Below, piece by piece: positions 41,905-51,573 of a stretch of 64,000 nucleotides of DNA. Each line of letters opens with the position of its first letter. Within the stretch, counting starts at the first letter, position 1. The DNA comes from an uncultured Opitutales bacterium (GTDB taxonomy: Bacteria > Verrucomicrobiota > Verrucomicrobiia > Opitutales > Intestinicryptomonadaceae), in assembly GCA_944391135.1 (NCBI GenBank), contig CALXSL010000010.1, positions 14,225-78,224 on the forward strand. The letters are read 5' to 3'. The position numbers were made by a program, and so were the translations under genes. Under the pieces are notes generated by a model that was not told where the DNA came from, did not search any database, and saw nothing but the letters and a program-made list of their open reading frames with translations.

Positions 41905-41943
41905 AGCTCGGGTGGCGGAATGGTAGACGCAGCGGACTTAAAA
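41905..41943 (+). repeat. attR: 39-bp direct repeat (inside intact tRNA-Leu)
   Basis: Identical to 7968-8006. Confidence 0.9.
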
Positions 41944-41990
41944 TCCGCCGGTGATGAGCCGTACGGGTTCGAGTCCCGTCCCGAGCACCA
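41906..41990 (+). tRNA. tRNA-Leu (anticodon UAA), type II with long variable arm, encoded CCA
   Basis: Acceptor stem GCTCGGG/CCCGAGC, anticodon stem-loop GCGGA-CTTAAAA-TCCGC, T arm GGGTTCGAGTCCC, 3' ACCA. Confidence 0.9.
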
Positions 41991-41996
41991 AATCGA

Positions 41997-42034
41997 AAGC
42001 CGCTTAACACTGCGTTTAGGCGGCTTCTTTTATT
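41997..42034 (+). terminator. Rho-independent terminator after tRNA-Leu
   Basis: AAGCCGC...GCGGCTT stem followed by CTTTTATT. Confidence 0.6.
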
Positions 42035-42214
42035 GATAAACAAAGAAGTTGAGCGGGCTTAGTGAGTCGCAATTCATTCATGCTTAATCGCAATTTTGCT
42101 TGAAAAATTCGCGATAAGTTGCGCATGATTGAGTAAAGACACATGCAAGGTCAACGGACAAGATCGGGGCATCCTAAACTATTGCGTTGAGGTTAAAACT
42201 AAATCAACAAACCA

Positions 42215-43279
42215 ATGAAAATAACTAATGTATTGGCAATTTTGGTACTGGTTACCGGTATTTGCGCCACCGGCTACGCCAAAGACGGCTCCGTGACAAC
42301 TCCCAAAACCCAAAAAAAGGTTCCCGTAGTGAAAGAGACCGGTTTTGCCCGCGGCGCCGACGTAAGCTGGCTCACACAGATGGAATTTGAAGGCCGCAAG
42401 TTCTACACTCCTGGCGAAGACCGCAAGGAAATGGAGTGCATGGAGCTGCTGCGCGACTACTGCGGTGTGAATGCCATTCGACTGCGCGTGTGGGTCAACC
42501 CCACTGAAGAACCCTGGAACAGTATTGATGACGTTGTTGTGAAAGCGCGCCGCGCCGAGCGTCTGGGCCTGCGCATTATGATCGACTTCCATTTCTCCGA
42601 CACCTGGGCCGATCCTGGCAAGCAGATAATCCCCAAAGATTGGGAAAACCTCAAATTTGACGCCCTCAAAAAGGCGGTGGCAGCCCACGTGAACAAAACC
42701 CTCATCGCCCTGAAAAAAGCCGGCGCGACGCCCGAATGGGTTCAAATTGGCAATGAAACTACCCACGGAATGTTGAAGCCTGCGGGCTCGGTGGACAACC
42801 CATCGCAGCTTGTCGAACTCAACAATGCCGCCTACGCCGCCGCAAAAAAAATCTTCCCCGACGTCTTGACGATTGTGCATCTCGATTGTGGCAATAACCC
42901 CTGGATCTACAACCGCATGTTCGACTTCTTCGAGCAGTTTGGCGGCAAATACGATATGATAGGCATGTCGCTCTATCCCGACATGATTGTGCGCAGAGGC
43001 GAAGCCGACAGTTGGCAAAAGGTGGCTGACGACTGCATTGCCAATATCAACGCCTTGAAGGAAAAATATGGCAAACCCGTGATGATTTGCGAGATCGGCA
43101 TGCCTTACGACCAGCCCGAAGCCTGCCGAGATCTCATCACCAAAATGATGTCGGCCGACGTGAAAGGCATTTTTTATTGGGAACCGCAGACCTCCGGCAA
43201 CTACTACGGATATACCCTTGGCGCCTTCGACAACGACGCTCCCACCGCTGCTCTCGATGCATTCAAAAAGCACAAATAA
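42215..43279 (+). CDS. arabinogalactan endo-beta-1,4-galactanase (GH53), secreted
   Basis: 354 aa with a signal peptide. GADVSWLTQME, NAIRLRVWVNP, MIDFHFSDTWADPGKQ, IGNE. Confidence 0.85.
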   Translation: MKITNVLAILVLVTGICATGYAKDGSVTTPKTQKKVPVVKETGFARGADVSWLTQMEFEGRKFYTPGEDRKEMECMELLRDYCGVNAIRLRVWVNPTEEPWNSIDDVVVKARRAERLGLRIMIDFHFSDTWADPGKQIIPKDWENLKFDALKKAVAAHVNKTLIALKKAGATPEWVQIGNETTHGMLKPAGSVDNPSQLVELNNAAYAAAKKIFPDVLTIVHLDCGNNPWIYNRMFDFFEQFGGKYDMIGMSLYPDMIVRRGEADSWQKVADDCIANINALKEKYGKPVMICEIGMPYDQPEACRDLITKMMSADVKGIFYWEPQTSGNYYGYTLGAFDNDAPTAALDAFKKHK

Positions 43280-43360
43280 TCTTATACGGCGAAGAAAGCT
43301 CATTCTTCAAAAAATACAGTCAAATAAGCGTTAATCAAAACGTCCTGAGCACCAATTTAA

Positions 43361-43390
43361 GTTAACGCGAACCCGCGTTAACTTTTTTTT
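43361..43390 (+). terminator. Rho-independent terminator
   Basis: GTTAACGCG-aacc-CGCGTTAAC followed by T8. Confidence 0.75.
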
Positions 43391-43582
43391 GCTTATACGG
43401 ACTGATTTTTCTTATAGTTTTGATTGCGTTTATTGCTTCAAATCCAGCCGGAACCTTACTTGGCAAAGTGATAAATTCGGGCAATAGTCTGACAGGAACG
43501 TACATTTACCTTCCATGTGCCTCGTGTTAAAATTTGGGCATTCAAGAATAGACTATTAAACGCTCAAAAGAAAGGCTGCAAA

Positions 43583-44335
43583 ATGGAAAATATGAAAAAC
43601 AAAATCGCGCTCGTCACAGGAGCCGCGCAGGGGATAGGATTGGCATGCGCCGAAGCCTTTGCAAAGGCCGGCGCTACTGTTGTGGTCTCCGATATAAACA
43701 ATACGGAAGAACAGGCGCAAAAAATCATTGACGCCGGTTTTAGCGCCGTTTCATACAAGTGCGACGTATCTGACGCCAAAGCCGTTGATGGCATGGTCGA
43801 CTGGATTGTCCGAAAATTCGGGCGTCTCGACGCGGCAGTCAACAACGCCGGAATCCAGACCCCGCAACGCCCAATGGCGGAAATCACGGACGAAGAATTT
43901 GACAAAACCGTAGCCGTCGACTTTAAGGGGGTTTGGAACAGCATGCGCGGCGAAATTCTGCAAATGCTCAAGCAAGGCGGCGGGTGCATTGTCAATATGT
44001 CGTCACAAGGCGGCGTTACCGGATTTGCCGGGCAGGCTGCCTACATCGGCTGCAAGCATGCAGTGATAGGGCTTACGCGAACCGCCGCCATTGATTACGC
44101 TTCAAAGGGAATCCGCATTAATGCGGTCTGCCCCGGCGTGATATTGACGCCTATGGCGGAATCGCTTATACGCCGCAATCCCGGCGTGGAGGCGAAATTA
44201 GTCAAAGACATACCCATAGGGCGGTTGGGCCGGCCTGATGAAATTGCCGATGCCGCATTATGGCTGTGCAGTTCCGGCGCAAGTTTTATGACGGGACACG
44301 CCCTGCTTGTGGACGGCGGTTTTACAATTCACTAA
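43583..44335 (+). CDS. SDR family oxidoreductase
   Basis: Internal ATG 43583. ALVTGAAQGIGLA (TGxxxGxG), NNAG, and YxxxK in AYIGCKHA. Confidence 0.85.
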   Translation: MENMKNKIALVTGAAQGIGLACAEAFAKAGATVVVSDINNTEEQAQKIIDAGFSAVSYKCDVSDAKAVDGMVDWIVRKFGRLDAAVNNAGIQTPQRPMAEITDEEFDKTVAVDFKGVWNSMRGEILQMLKQGGGCIVNMSSQGGVTGFAGQAAYIGCKHAVIGLTRTAAIDYASKGIRINAVCPGVILTPMAESLIRRNPGVEAKLVKDIPIGRLGRPDEIADAALWLCSSGASFMTGHALLVDGGFTIH

Positions 44336-44422
44336 CCTCGGCAGGTCATACAGGACGCTGAAATTTAAAGTTGCCGGACATTCAACAAAAATGCACCTTT
44401 AAAGGCAGGAATCCCCGCATAT

Positions 44423-45301
44423 ATGGAAGTTGAGGAAATCAACAGAGTTCTAAAAGAAAAAATGCTCCGCAAAATGCCGAAGACCGGAGATTATTCCCTC
44501 GGCTTTGGCGGCGCGGGCGTTTACAGGCGCGACGAATCGGACGTTGCCGAAAACTGCTTCTACAGGCCCCTGGTTACGGTAACCATACAAGGCGCAAAAT
44601 GGTCGATTGTCGGCGGCGAAAAAGTTTACCTCGGCGAGAACGAATATCTTGTTGCGGCCGTCGACATGCCGGCGCAGAATTACGTTGTTGGCGCAAGCCG
44701 CGACAAACCCTTTTTGTCAATTGCTTTGGATTTGGACAAACGGACAATTTCGGAACTGCTGTCGGAAAACCCGTCTTTAATCTCAAAAAACGGTTCGGGA
44801 GGCAAGGGAGTAGGCGTTTCAAAAATCGACCCATCTTTATTAGACGCCTTTTTGAGGCTTTATAAACTTTCCGAAAGGAAAGAGGAAGCCGCCATGCTCT
44901 CTCCGATTGTGCTGAAGGAAATACACCTCCGCCTGCTTATGGGGCCTTTGGGAAGGCACCTTTGCGGCGTCAACACGCCGGGAAATTCAGGAGCCCAAAT
45001 TTCAAAAGCGGTTTCGTGGCTTCGCGCACACTATAAAGAGCCGCTGGAAATGGACGGACTTTCGTCCATGGTTAACATGTCTCCCGCTTCTTTTTACCGG
45101 CACTTTAAAAGGATTACCAGCCTGAGCCCGCTGCAATACCAAAAAAGGCTCAGATTATACGAGGCAAACCGCTTGATGCTTGTGGAAAATGAAAATGCGG
45201 CAAACGCAGCCTATGCCGTCGGCTACGAAAGCCCAAGCCAGTTTAGCCGCGAATACAAGCGCATATTCGGAGATCCGCCCAAGCGCAGCCTGAAAAGCTG
45301 A
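44423..45301 (+). CDS. AraC family transcriptional regulator
   Basis: 292 aa with a C-terminal dual HTH (SPASFYRHFKRITSLSPLQYQKRLRL...GYESPSQFSREYKRIFG). Confidence 0.85.
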   Translation: MEVEEINRVLKEKMLRKMPKTGDYSLGFGGAGVYRRDESDVAENCFYRPLVTVTIQGAKWSIVGGEKVYLGENEYLVAAVDMPAQNYVVGASRDKPFLSIALDLDKRTISELLSENPSLISKNGSGGKGVGVSKIDPSLLDAFLRLYKLSERKEEAAMLSPIVLKEIHLRLLMGPLGRHLCGVNTPGNSGAQISKAVSWLRAHYKEPLEMDGLSSMVNMSPASFYRHFKRITSLSPLQYQKRLRLYEANRLMLVENENAANAAYAVGYESPSQFSREYKRIFGDPPKRSLKS

Positions 45302-45513
45302 CACCACAGGATGGCAGACCAAAGCGCCTTGAGCGTCCTCATCAAAACATGTCAATCACACTTGCTGCGCTGCCGCTTTCGGCGAGACTCTCAGAAGCCT
45401 CGCATTATTGATCCTTGAGCGCCTTAAAAGCTCCACAGAACGGGTTCGGGCTGAATTATGCCCGAAACCGGAAATCTCCCCCGCGAAAGGGCGCATGAAA
45501 GACCGCTTCAGCT

Positions 45514-46227
45514 TTAAACGTTGAAGCTTTCCCTTAAGGCGGCCTGATCCCTCAAAAACCGTTTTTCAATAGCCCTGTCGAAAAAAAGGTTCAGCGGATG
45601 CATGATTTTAAACAATGCGGCCGCTTTTTTCACAAAATCGGGCGACATGGTTTCGGCGTCCGAAACCGGCGCATGAACGTAAAAATGCTTAAGCTTAAGG
45701 TATTCCGCGGCCGGAGACTCCTTGTCGAAACCCGCCGGCACGCGCTTGAGGGCGTTTTCGTCGCGAACAAGGCCGCCCACCCTGCGCTTGAAGTCCTTCC
45801 GCGAGAGTATGCCTTCAAATTCTTCAAAATTGCCGTCAATCGCTTCGCGCAGTGTTTTTACGGTTTCCGGTTCGGCTGCGTACACCCCGGCGGAGACCTG
45901 GCAGTTGCCGGGCTCTATGTGGACATAATAGCAGGAAAACGGGCTGTGCACGCTGCCTGCCGCGTTAAGGATCAGGCCGAAATTCGTCTTATAAGGCGAT
46001 TTGTCTTTTGAAAACCTCGTATCGCGGGCTATGCGGAAAAGGCATTTCCGGGGGTCGGGATACCCAAGCCTTTCATCGAACCGATTGATTGACACTGCCA
46101 GCTTCGCGGCGAGGTCGAACATGTTTTGCCTGGCTTTATCGTAGCTTTCACGGTTCAGGTGAAACCATTCCCGTGTGTTGTTTTTTGCCAGTTTGCGCAA
46201 AAAGGCGAATGTTGAAGGCTGTATCAT
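45514..46227 (-). CDS. TIGR02453 (DUF2461) family protein
   Basis: 237 aa. FAFLRKLAKNNTREWFHLNRESY, typical of the family N-terminus. Confidence 0.75.
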   Translation of the reverse strand: MIQPSTFAFLRKLAKNNTREWFHLNRESYDKARQNMFDLAAKLAVSINRFDERLGYPDPRKCLFRIARDTRFSKDKSPYKTNFGLILNAAGSVHSPFSCYYVHIEPGNCQVSAGVYAAEPETVKTLREAIDGNFEEFEGILSRKDFKRRVGGLVRDENALKRVPAGFDKESPAAEYLKLKHFYVHAPVSDAETMSPDFVKKAAALFKIMHPLNLFFDRAIEKRFLRDQAALRESFNV

Positions 46228-46542
46228 ATTATTTGAGTATTTGAATTATACGGAACCTTTGGCGATTGTTTAAGGGTTGTCCATTCCATATTTTCGCTTA
46301 TGGGCATTTCAACGCATACGGACAAAAAGCCCGCACCTTCACTTTCCCGAACGCGCGGACAAATCTGCCGCATGAAAGATTTGAACAATGCGCCAATGGC
46401 GAAAGCCGTCCCGCTTCCGACAAATTTCCGCGCACATGCCCCTCAAAAGCTTCTTGACCTGTTTTTTCACATAGTATTAAATGTAATGCCTTATGCGGCA
46501 AATCAAACGCCGCGCAAAAACATATAAAACAGAGCTATAAGA

Positions 46543-47595
46543 ATGTTCAATCCATTAAAAATTTCAAATTTAACAATCAGCAAGCCAATAGTACAGGGCG
46601 GAATGGGTGTGGGCATTTCACTGTCCGGACTTGCGTCGGCCGTCGCAAACGAAGGCGGCTGCGGCGTAATATCCTGCGCGGGACTTGGCCTGATACACCA
46701 TAACCTGTCGCCAAACTACCTTGAGGCGTCCATTCTGGGGCTCAAGGAGGAAATACGCAAGGCGCGCGAAAAGACCCGGGGCGTAATAGGCGTAAACATC
46801 ATGCAGGCCATGAGCAATTTTTCGGACATGGTAAAAACCGCGATTTCCGAAAAGGCCGACATAATTTTCGTCGGGGCGGGCCTTCCCATGGACTTGCCAG
46901 GCTATATAACCGAAGGGTGCGCCACAAAGCTCGCCCCCATCGTTTCTTCCGCAAAGGCTTTTAAGGTTATCGCCCAAAAATGGATGAGCAAATACCGCTA
47001 CGCGCCCGACGCGGTGGTGTTGGAAGGCCCCAAAGCCGGAGGGCACCTCGGCTTTAAGGGAGACCAGATTTTTGACGAGAATTTTTCCCTGGAGAAAATA
47101 CTGCCCGAAGTTTTGAATGAAACGGAAGCCTTTGAGGAAAAATACGGCAGGCATGTTCCCGTAATTGCGGGCGGCGGCCTTTCTTCGGCGGAGGACATAA
47201 AAAAGATTCTGGACATGGGGGCCGAAGCGGTGCAGATGGGAAGCGTTTTTGTCCCCACCGAGGAATGCGACGCCGACACGGCTTTCAAGCAGGCATATTT
47301 GGATTCCGCGCAATCGGATATAACTATAATAAACAGTCCTGTCGGCATGCCGGGGCGCGCCTTGCTGAACGACTTCGTCCGGCAGGCAAAATCGGGCAGC
47401 AAAAAGCCGAAGATGTGCTCTTACAAATGCCTCAAATCGTGCGATTACACAAAGGCGGACTATTGCATAATGAAAGCCCTGTATTTCGCCTTCAAAGGCA
47501 GGCTGGAAAACGGATTTTCTTTCATAGGGGCAAACGGATACAAGGCAAACAGGATAGAAACCGTAAAATCCGTATTCGAAAGGCTGTTTAAATAA
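46543..47595 (+). CDS. nitronate monooxygenase-family flavin oxidoreductase (FabK-like)
   Basis: 350 aa. PIVQGGMGVGIS, AGGHLG, IAGGGL. Confidence 0.65.
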   Translation: MFNPLKISNLTISKPIVQGGMGVGISLSGLASAVANEGGCGVISCAGLGLIHHNLSPNYLEASILGLKEEIRKAREKTRGVIGVNIMQAMSNFSDMVKTAISEKADIIFVGAGLPMDLPGYITEGCATKLAPIVSSAKAFKVIAQKWMSKYRYAPDAVVLEGPKAGGHLGFKGDQIFDENFSLEKILPEVLNETEAFEEKYGRHVPVIAGGGLSSAEDIKKILDMGAEAVQMGSVFVPTEECDADTAFKQAYLDSAQSDITIINSPVGMPGRALLNDFVRQAKSGSKKPKMCSYKCLKSCDYTKADYCIMKALYFAFKGRLENGFSFIGANGYKANRIETVKSVFERLFK

Positions 47596-47663
47596 GCAAC
47601 CTTCGCTTTTCAATATCGCAGCAGTAATGAAAAACGCAAATTAAGCGGCATTTTAACAAAGCG

Positions 47664-47700
47664 CAAAAAAAACGGCGGAACAATACCCGCCGTTTTTTTG
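47664..47700. terminator. Bidirectional terminator between convergent genes
   Basis: A8-ACGGCGG-aacaatac-CCGCCGT-T7. Confidence 0.7.
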
Positions 47701-47737
47701 CATTGCGGAACCTGCCCGATGCGCCGGCCCACGGAGG

Positions 47738-48841
47738 CTATGCTTTAACAAGCTCGTATTCAATCGTTCCGAGACCGAGTTTCTGGGCGTGCTCCAGCGC
47801 AGACATCCAGTTTGTGTCGGGCGAGACGTCGGCAAAGTGGTCTCCGTGCGAGTGGCCGTGTTTTTCCAATATGCTCCCCGCCACGGCGGGCTGCGCGTTG
47901 ACGGCGTCGGCGCAGGCCTTGTCTATGGCGACCGGGTCGAAAGACGCGAACATGCCTACGTCCGGCACAATCGGGATGTCATTTTCGGCATGGCAGTCGC
48001 AGAAGGGCGAAACGTCTATGGCGAGGCTTATGTGGAAGCTCGGGCGGCCGTGCAGAACGGCCTTGGTGTATTCGGCCATCTTGCGGTTCATGACGTCGTT
48101 GGCCTCGTCGAACGGGGGCTGAACGGCGTCCTTGGGGCACACGCCTATGCACCTGCCGCATCCGACGCACTTGAGGTGGTCTATGCTGGCCTTGCCGTCC
48201 TTGATGACAGGGGCGTCGTGCGCGCAGATTTTCCTGCATTTGCCGCAGCCTATGCAAAGCCTCGTCACGACGTGCGGCTTGCCCGCGCTGTGCATTTCCA
48301 TCTTGCCCGCGCGCGAACCCGATCCCATGCCGATGTTCTTGATGGCTCCGCCGAAGCCCGCCATCTCGTGCCCTTTGAAGTGCGAAAGAGAAATCACAAT
48401 GTCGGCGTCCATGATGGCGGAGCCAATCTTGGCCTCTTTCACGTACTCGCCGCCCTCGACGGGCACGAGGCGTTCGTCAAGGCCCTTGATGCCGTCGGCG
48501 ATAATCGTGTGAACGCCCGTTGCGAACGGGTTGTAGCCGTTCGCATATGCGCTGTCGAGGTGGTCGAGCGCGTTCTTGCGCCCGCCCACATACAGGGTGT
48601 TGCAGTCGGTCACGAAAGGCCTGCCACCAAGCCTTTTGACGTAGTCGCACACGGTGCGCGCATAATTGGGCCGCAAAAACGCAAGATTGCCCGGCTCGCC
48701 GAAGTGCAACTTTACGGCCACGAATTTGTCCTTGAAATCGATGCTTTCAAAACCGGCTTTCTTCATGAGGCGCTCCAGCTTTTTCAGCAGGTTCGCCTCC
48801 GCCGTCGCATGCATGTCGGTGAAGTATACTTTTGAACTCAT
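47738..48841 (-). CDS. DUF362 domain protein with two 4Fe-4S ferredoxin motifs
   Basis: Internal ATG 48841 (MSSKVYFTD...). CIGCGKCRKIC and CVGCGRCIGVCP. Confidence 0.75.
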   Translation of the reverse strand: MSSKVYFTDMHATAEANLLKKLERLMKKAGFESIDFKDKFVAVKLHFGEPGNLAFLRPNYARTVCDYVKRLGGRPFVTDCNTLYVGGRKNALDHLDSAYANGYNPFATGVHTIIADGIKGLDERLVPVEGGEYVKEAKIGSAIMDADIVISLSHFKGHEMAGFGGAIKNIGMGSGSRAGKMEMHSAGKPHVVTRLCIGCGKCRKICAHDAPVIKDGKASIDHLKCVGCGRCIGVCPKDAVQPPFDEANDVMNRKMAEYTKAVLHGRPSFHISLAIDVSPFCDCHAENDIPIVPDVGMFASFDPVAIDKACADAVNAQPAVAGSILEKHGHSHGDHFADVSPDTNWMSALEHAQKLGLGTIEYELVKA

Positions 48842-48989
48842 AGTTATAGCAATAGCAGTAAGCGGCCGCCAAATGGCGGCTGATAACAAAAGAGTTGCGC
48901 TTCACATGCGCGCAATCAACAAAAAAATGACCGCAATTGAAGAAAAACCGTTTAACCGATGCGCTTCCGGCAGCACGGCACAAACCGAG

Positions 48990-49481
48990 CTATCCGCGTG
49001 TAATCTGGCGCATGGCCTCGTATGCGGCAATCCCCGCCGACGTCGACAAATTCAGCGAGCGCAGCTTCGGCGCGAACTGCGGAATTTTGACGCGCTTCTG
49101 CGCGATGTCGTCGTGGACGCATTGCGGGCAGCCCTTGTCTTCCGAACCGAACAAAAGGCCGTCGCCATGCTCGAATTTTGCGTCCCACATGCAGGCGTCC
49201 GACTTCGTCGTGAACAGCCAAATGCGTTCGAGCTGCGGCGCCAGCGGAGACTTCTTGAAAGCCTCCCAGTCGGCGTGGTGCGCGATGTCGAGCTCGTGCC
49301 AGTAGTCCATGCCGCTGCGCTTGAGCTTGGAGTCGGTAATGATAAACCCCAGCGGATGAATCAGGTGCAATCTGGCTCCTACAATAGCGCACATACGGCC
49401 GATATTGCCCGTGTTTTGCGGAATCTGCGGATTGTGCAAAATGACGTGGACCGGAGGGTTCTCTATCCTGTTTTCGCCCAT
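48990..49481 (-). CDS. trmL: tRNA (cytidine/uridine-2'-O-)-methyltransferase TrmL
   Basis: 163 aa. NPQIPQNTGNIGRMCA, SLNLSTSAGIAAYE (SpoU/TrmL). Confidence 0.85.
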   Translation of the reverse strand: MGENRIENPPVHVILHNPQIPQNTGNIGRMCAIVGARLHLIHPLGFIITDSKLKRSGMDYWHELDIAHHADWEAFKKSPLAPQLERIWLFTTKSDACMWDAKFEHGDGLLFGSEDKGCPQCVHDDIAQKRVKIPQFAPKLRSLNLSTSAGIAAYEAMRQITRG

Positions 49482-49487
49482 ACCAAA

Positions 49488-49958
49488 CTAGCGCCTGAAC
49501 GACATCGCCCTGCGGGCCTCGCGCATTGCCTCGTCCTTCTTTATGGACTCGCGCTTGTCGTAAAGTTTCTTGCCCGTGGCGAGCGCGATAAGAACTTTCG
49601 CCAGACCCTTTTTGAAGTACATTTTAAGCGGGATTATCGCCACGCCCCCCGAATCGGTCTCCGACTTGAGCTTTAATATTTCCTTCTTGTGCAGCAAAAG
49701 CCTGCGCACGCGCGTCGGGTTGTGGTTGTTGAGGTTGCCAAAATCGTATTCTGATATGTGCGACTGGTACATGTTGGCCTGGCCGCCCTCTATGCGGATG
49801 AACGCGTCGTTTATCTGGGCCTTGCCCTGACGCATGCTCTTGACTTCCGTGCCTTTGAGCACTATCCCGGCCTCGAAAGTCTCGCCCACAAAGTAGTCGT
49901 GACTCGCCTTTCTGTTGCGAATCTCAACGACCCTAGGAGCTGTCTCTTTCTTCCCCAT
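49488..49958 (-). CDS. smpB: SsrA-binding protein
   Basis: Internal ATG 49958. NRKASHDYFV, GTEVKSMR, LLLHKKEI. Confidence 0.9.
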   Translation of the reverse strand: MGKKETAPRVVEIRNRKASHDYFVGETFEAGIVLKGTEVKSMRQGKAQINDAFIRIEGGQANMYQSHISEYDFGNLNNHNPTRVRRLLLHKKEILKLKSETDSGGVAIIPLKMYFKKGLAKVLIALATGKKLYDKRESIKKDEAMREARRAMSFRR

Positions 49959-50216
49959 CTTTTGTAGTTTTTCCCACTCGCGTATTGCCGCAGGCAATGC
50001 GCTCCGTTCTTTTCTAATGTTTATGCGGCAAGATTGCATTTGCAATCCGCCTCTATTTTGTTCCGGTCATGCGATTGCCATAGGCTATCGCGCCTCTTAT
50101 TTTTTCTAAATTCAAATTCCGCTCCGCAAAAACGCAAGCCGGAATATTCCCGCAGTATCCGATAAAAAAGCCGCGCCGCAAAAATGCCGCGCGGCGAAAG
50201 CCGTAAAAGTTAAAGG

Positions 50217-50435
50217 CTATTCCGTCTCGTCGTCGGACGCGGTGTAAAGCTCGTACTTGAGCTTTCCCTTGATAACTTCAAGGAGGGCGATGTCTTCCAA
50301 AGACAGCTTTTCGAGCGATTCGACCGTGGGCCTGCTGCCGTACTTAAGCTGCTTTACCCGGCGCGACACGACATTGATGAGTATGTTCGGGTCGGTGATG
50401 ATTTTCTGTGCCTGTTTCAAATAATCTTCTCTCAA
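50217..50435 (-). CDS. rpoZ: DNA-directed RNA polymerase omega subunit
   Basis: 72 aa. INVVSRRVKQLKYGSRP is an omega-like core. Confidence 0.6.
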   Translation of the reverse strand: MREDYLKQAQKIITDPNILINVVSRRVKQLKYGSRPTVESLEKLSLEDIALLEVIKGKLKYELYTASDDETE

Positions 50436-50535
50436 GGTGTCCTCCTTGTTATTAAAAATGAACCTTGCAATATGAGGCGCCGCGAAAAAAATGCAACTAT
50501 TTTTTCGCCTCCGCCGATTTTGCCTAAAAAAACGG

Positions 50536-51414
50536 TCAAATTATCGTCTGATACTGGTCTTTGGCGAAATTCCTGAGGTTCGTGAGCGACTTTTTCATCT
50601 CCATCTCCTCCAGAAATTTTATGATTTCGTCAAAATCCGGCCGCCCGTGCGTCGGCAGCTCGACATCAAGCGCCGTGTCAAGCGTCACAAGCTGCAGGTT
50701 GCGGCGCAAAAGCCCCTCGCTTTCCTTCACTATCGCGCGGAATTTTTCAGGCTTTAGCCAGTCGTACCTGCGGATGATCGTCTCAATGTCGCCAAAATCC
50801 TTAAGCCACTTCGCCGCGGTCTTGGGCCCCACCCCGTTTATCCCGGGAATGTTGTCGGCGCTGTCGCCCACAAGCGCGAGGTAATCGGGGATCTGCGCCG
50901 CAGAGACGCCGTATTTTGCGCGGACGCCCACGGTGTCGAGCACGCACCAGTCCTTGACGCGCGGCTTGGGCGGCAAAAGCTGGCGTATCCCCGGCGAAAT
51001 CATCTGCGCAAAGTCCTTGTCGGCACTCACAATTGTGGCAGTGCCGCCGCTGCTTTTTATTTTGAGCGCGGTGCTCGCCAAAAGGTCGTCCGCCTCAACG
51101 CCCTCGCACTCGACGGGCGTAAATCCGAAAATCTCGCACAAGTATTTCATGTGCGGCACCTGCCGCCTGAAACTTTCGGGCGTCTCAGCCCTGTTCGCCT
51201 TGTACTCTGGGAAAATTTCAAGATGCCTCGCCGACCCTCCCTTGTCGAAAAATACCGACGTGGCATGCGGCGTGTCCATCGACGCCAGCTTCAGCAGGCT
51301 CGCGAAAAACGCATGCAAAGCCCCCGTGGGAAAGCCGTCCGAACGCGACAGATCGGGCATCGCGTAATAACACCTGAAGCCCAAATTGTAACCGTCTATC
51401 AGAAAGGAATCCAT
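50536..51414 (-). CDS. 5'-3' exonuclease (FEN / Pol I N-terminal domain family)
   Basis: ATG 51414. LIDGYNLGFRCYYA, EADDLLAS, SADKDFAQ, LVGDSADNIPGINGVGPKTA. Confidence 0.85.
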   Translation of the reverse strand: MDSFLIDGYNLGFRCYYAMPDLSRSDGFPTGALHAFFASLLKLASMDTPHATSVFFDKGGSARHLEIFPEYKANRAETPESFRRQVPHMKYLCEIFGFTPVECEGVEADDLLASTALKIKSSGGTATIVSADKDFAQMISPGIRQLLPPKPRVKDWCVLDTVGVRAKYGVSAAQIPDYLALVGDSADNIPGINGVGPKTAAKWLKDFGDIETIIRRYDWLKPEKFRAIVKESEGLLRRNLQLVTLDTALDVELPTHGRPDFDEIIKFLEEMEMKKSLTNLRNFAKDQYQTII

Positions 51415-51573
51415 TTCCACAAAACGTCTCAAAATTAATCGAAACGGGCAACATTTTTCTTCCGGAATCAGCTTTATAATGCAATAAGCCGCTTAAAAAA
51501 AGAGGCGGGAACCGTTTCAGCCCTCACCGTCCTGAGGATTGAAGCCCACGCACCAAAGGAAGCCCCCTCCCCG

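Larger units (their letters stand above)
7968..41943. mobile_element. Integrated siphovirus-type prophage (lambda-like head genes), ~34 kb
   Basis: Perfect 39-bp att repeats, a tyrosine integrase at one end, complete packaging/head/tail/lysis/replication modules, and host housekeeping genes on both sides. Confidence 0.9.

Noticed and set aside
42179-43303. 374-aa minus-strand ORF opposite the GH53 galactanase.
   Set aside because: It is an antisense shadow ORF. The plus strand has a signal peptide and GH53 motifs.
46618-48835. Long antisense ORFs 46618..47613 (-) and 47789..48835 (+).
   Set aside because: They lie opposite the well-supported nitronate-monooxygenase-family and DUF362/4Fe-4S genes and have an unnatural composition.
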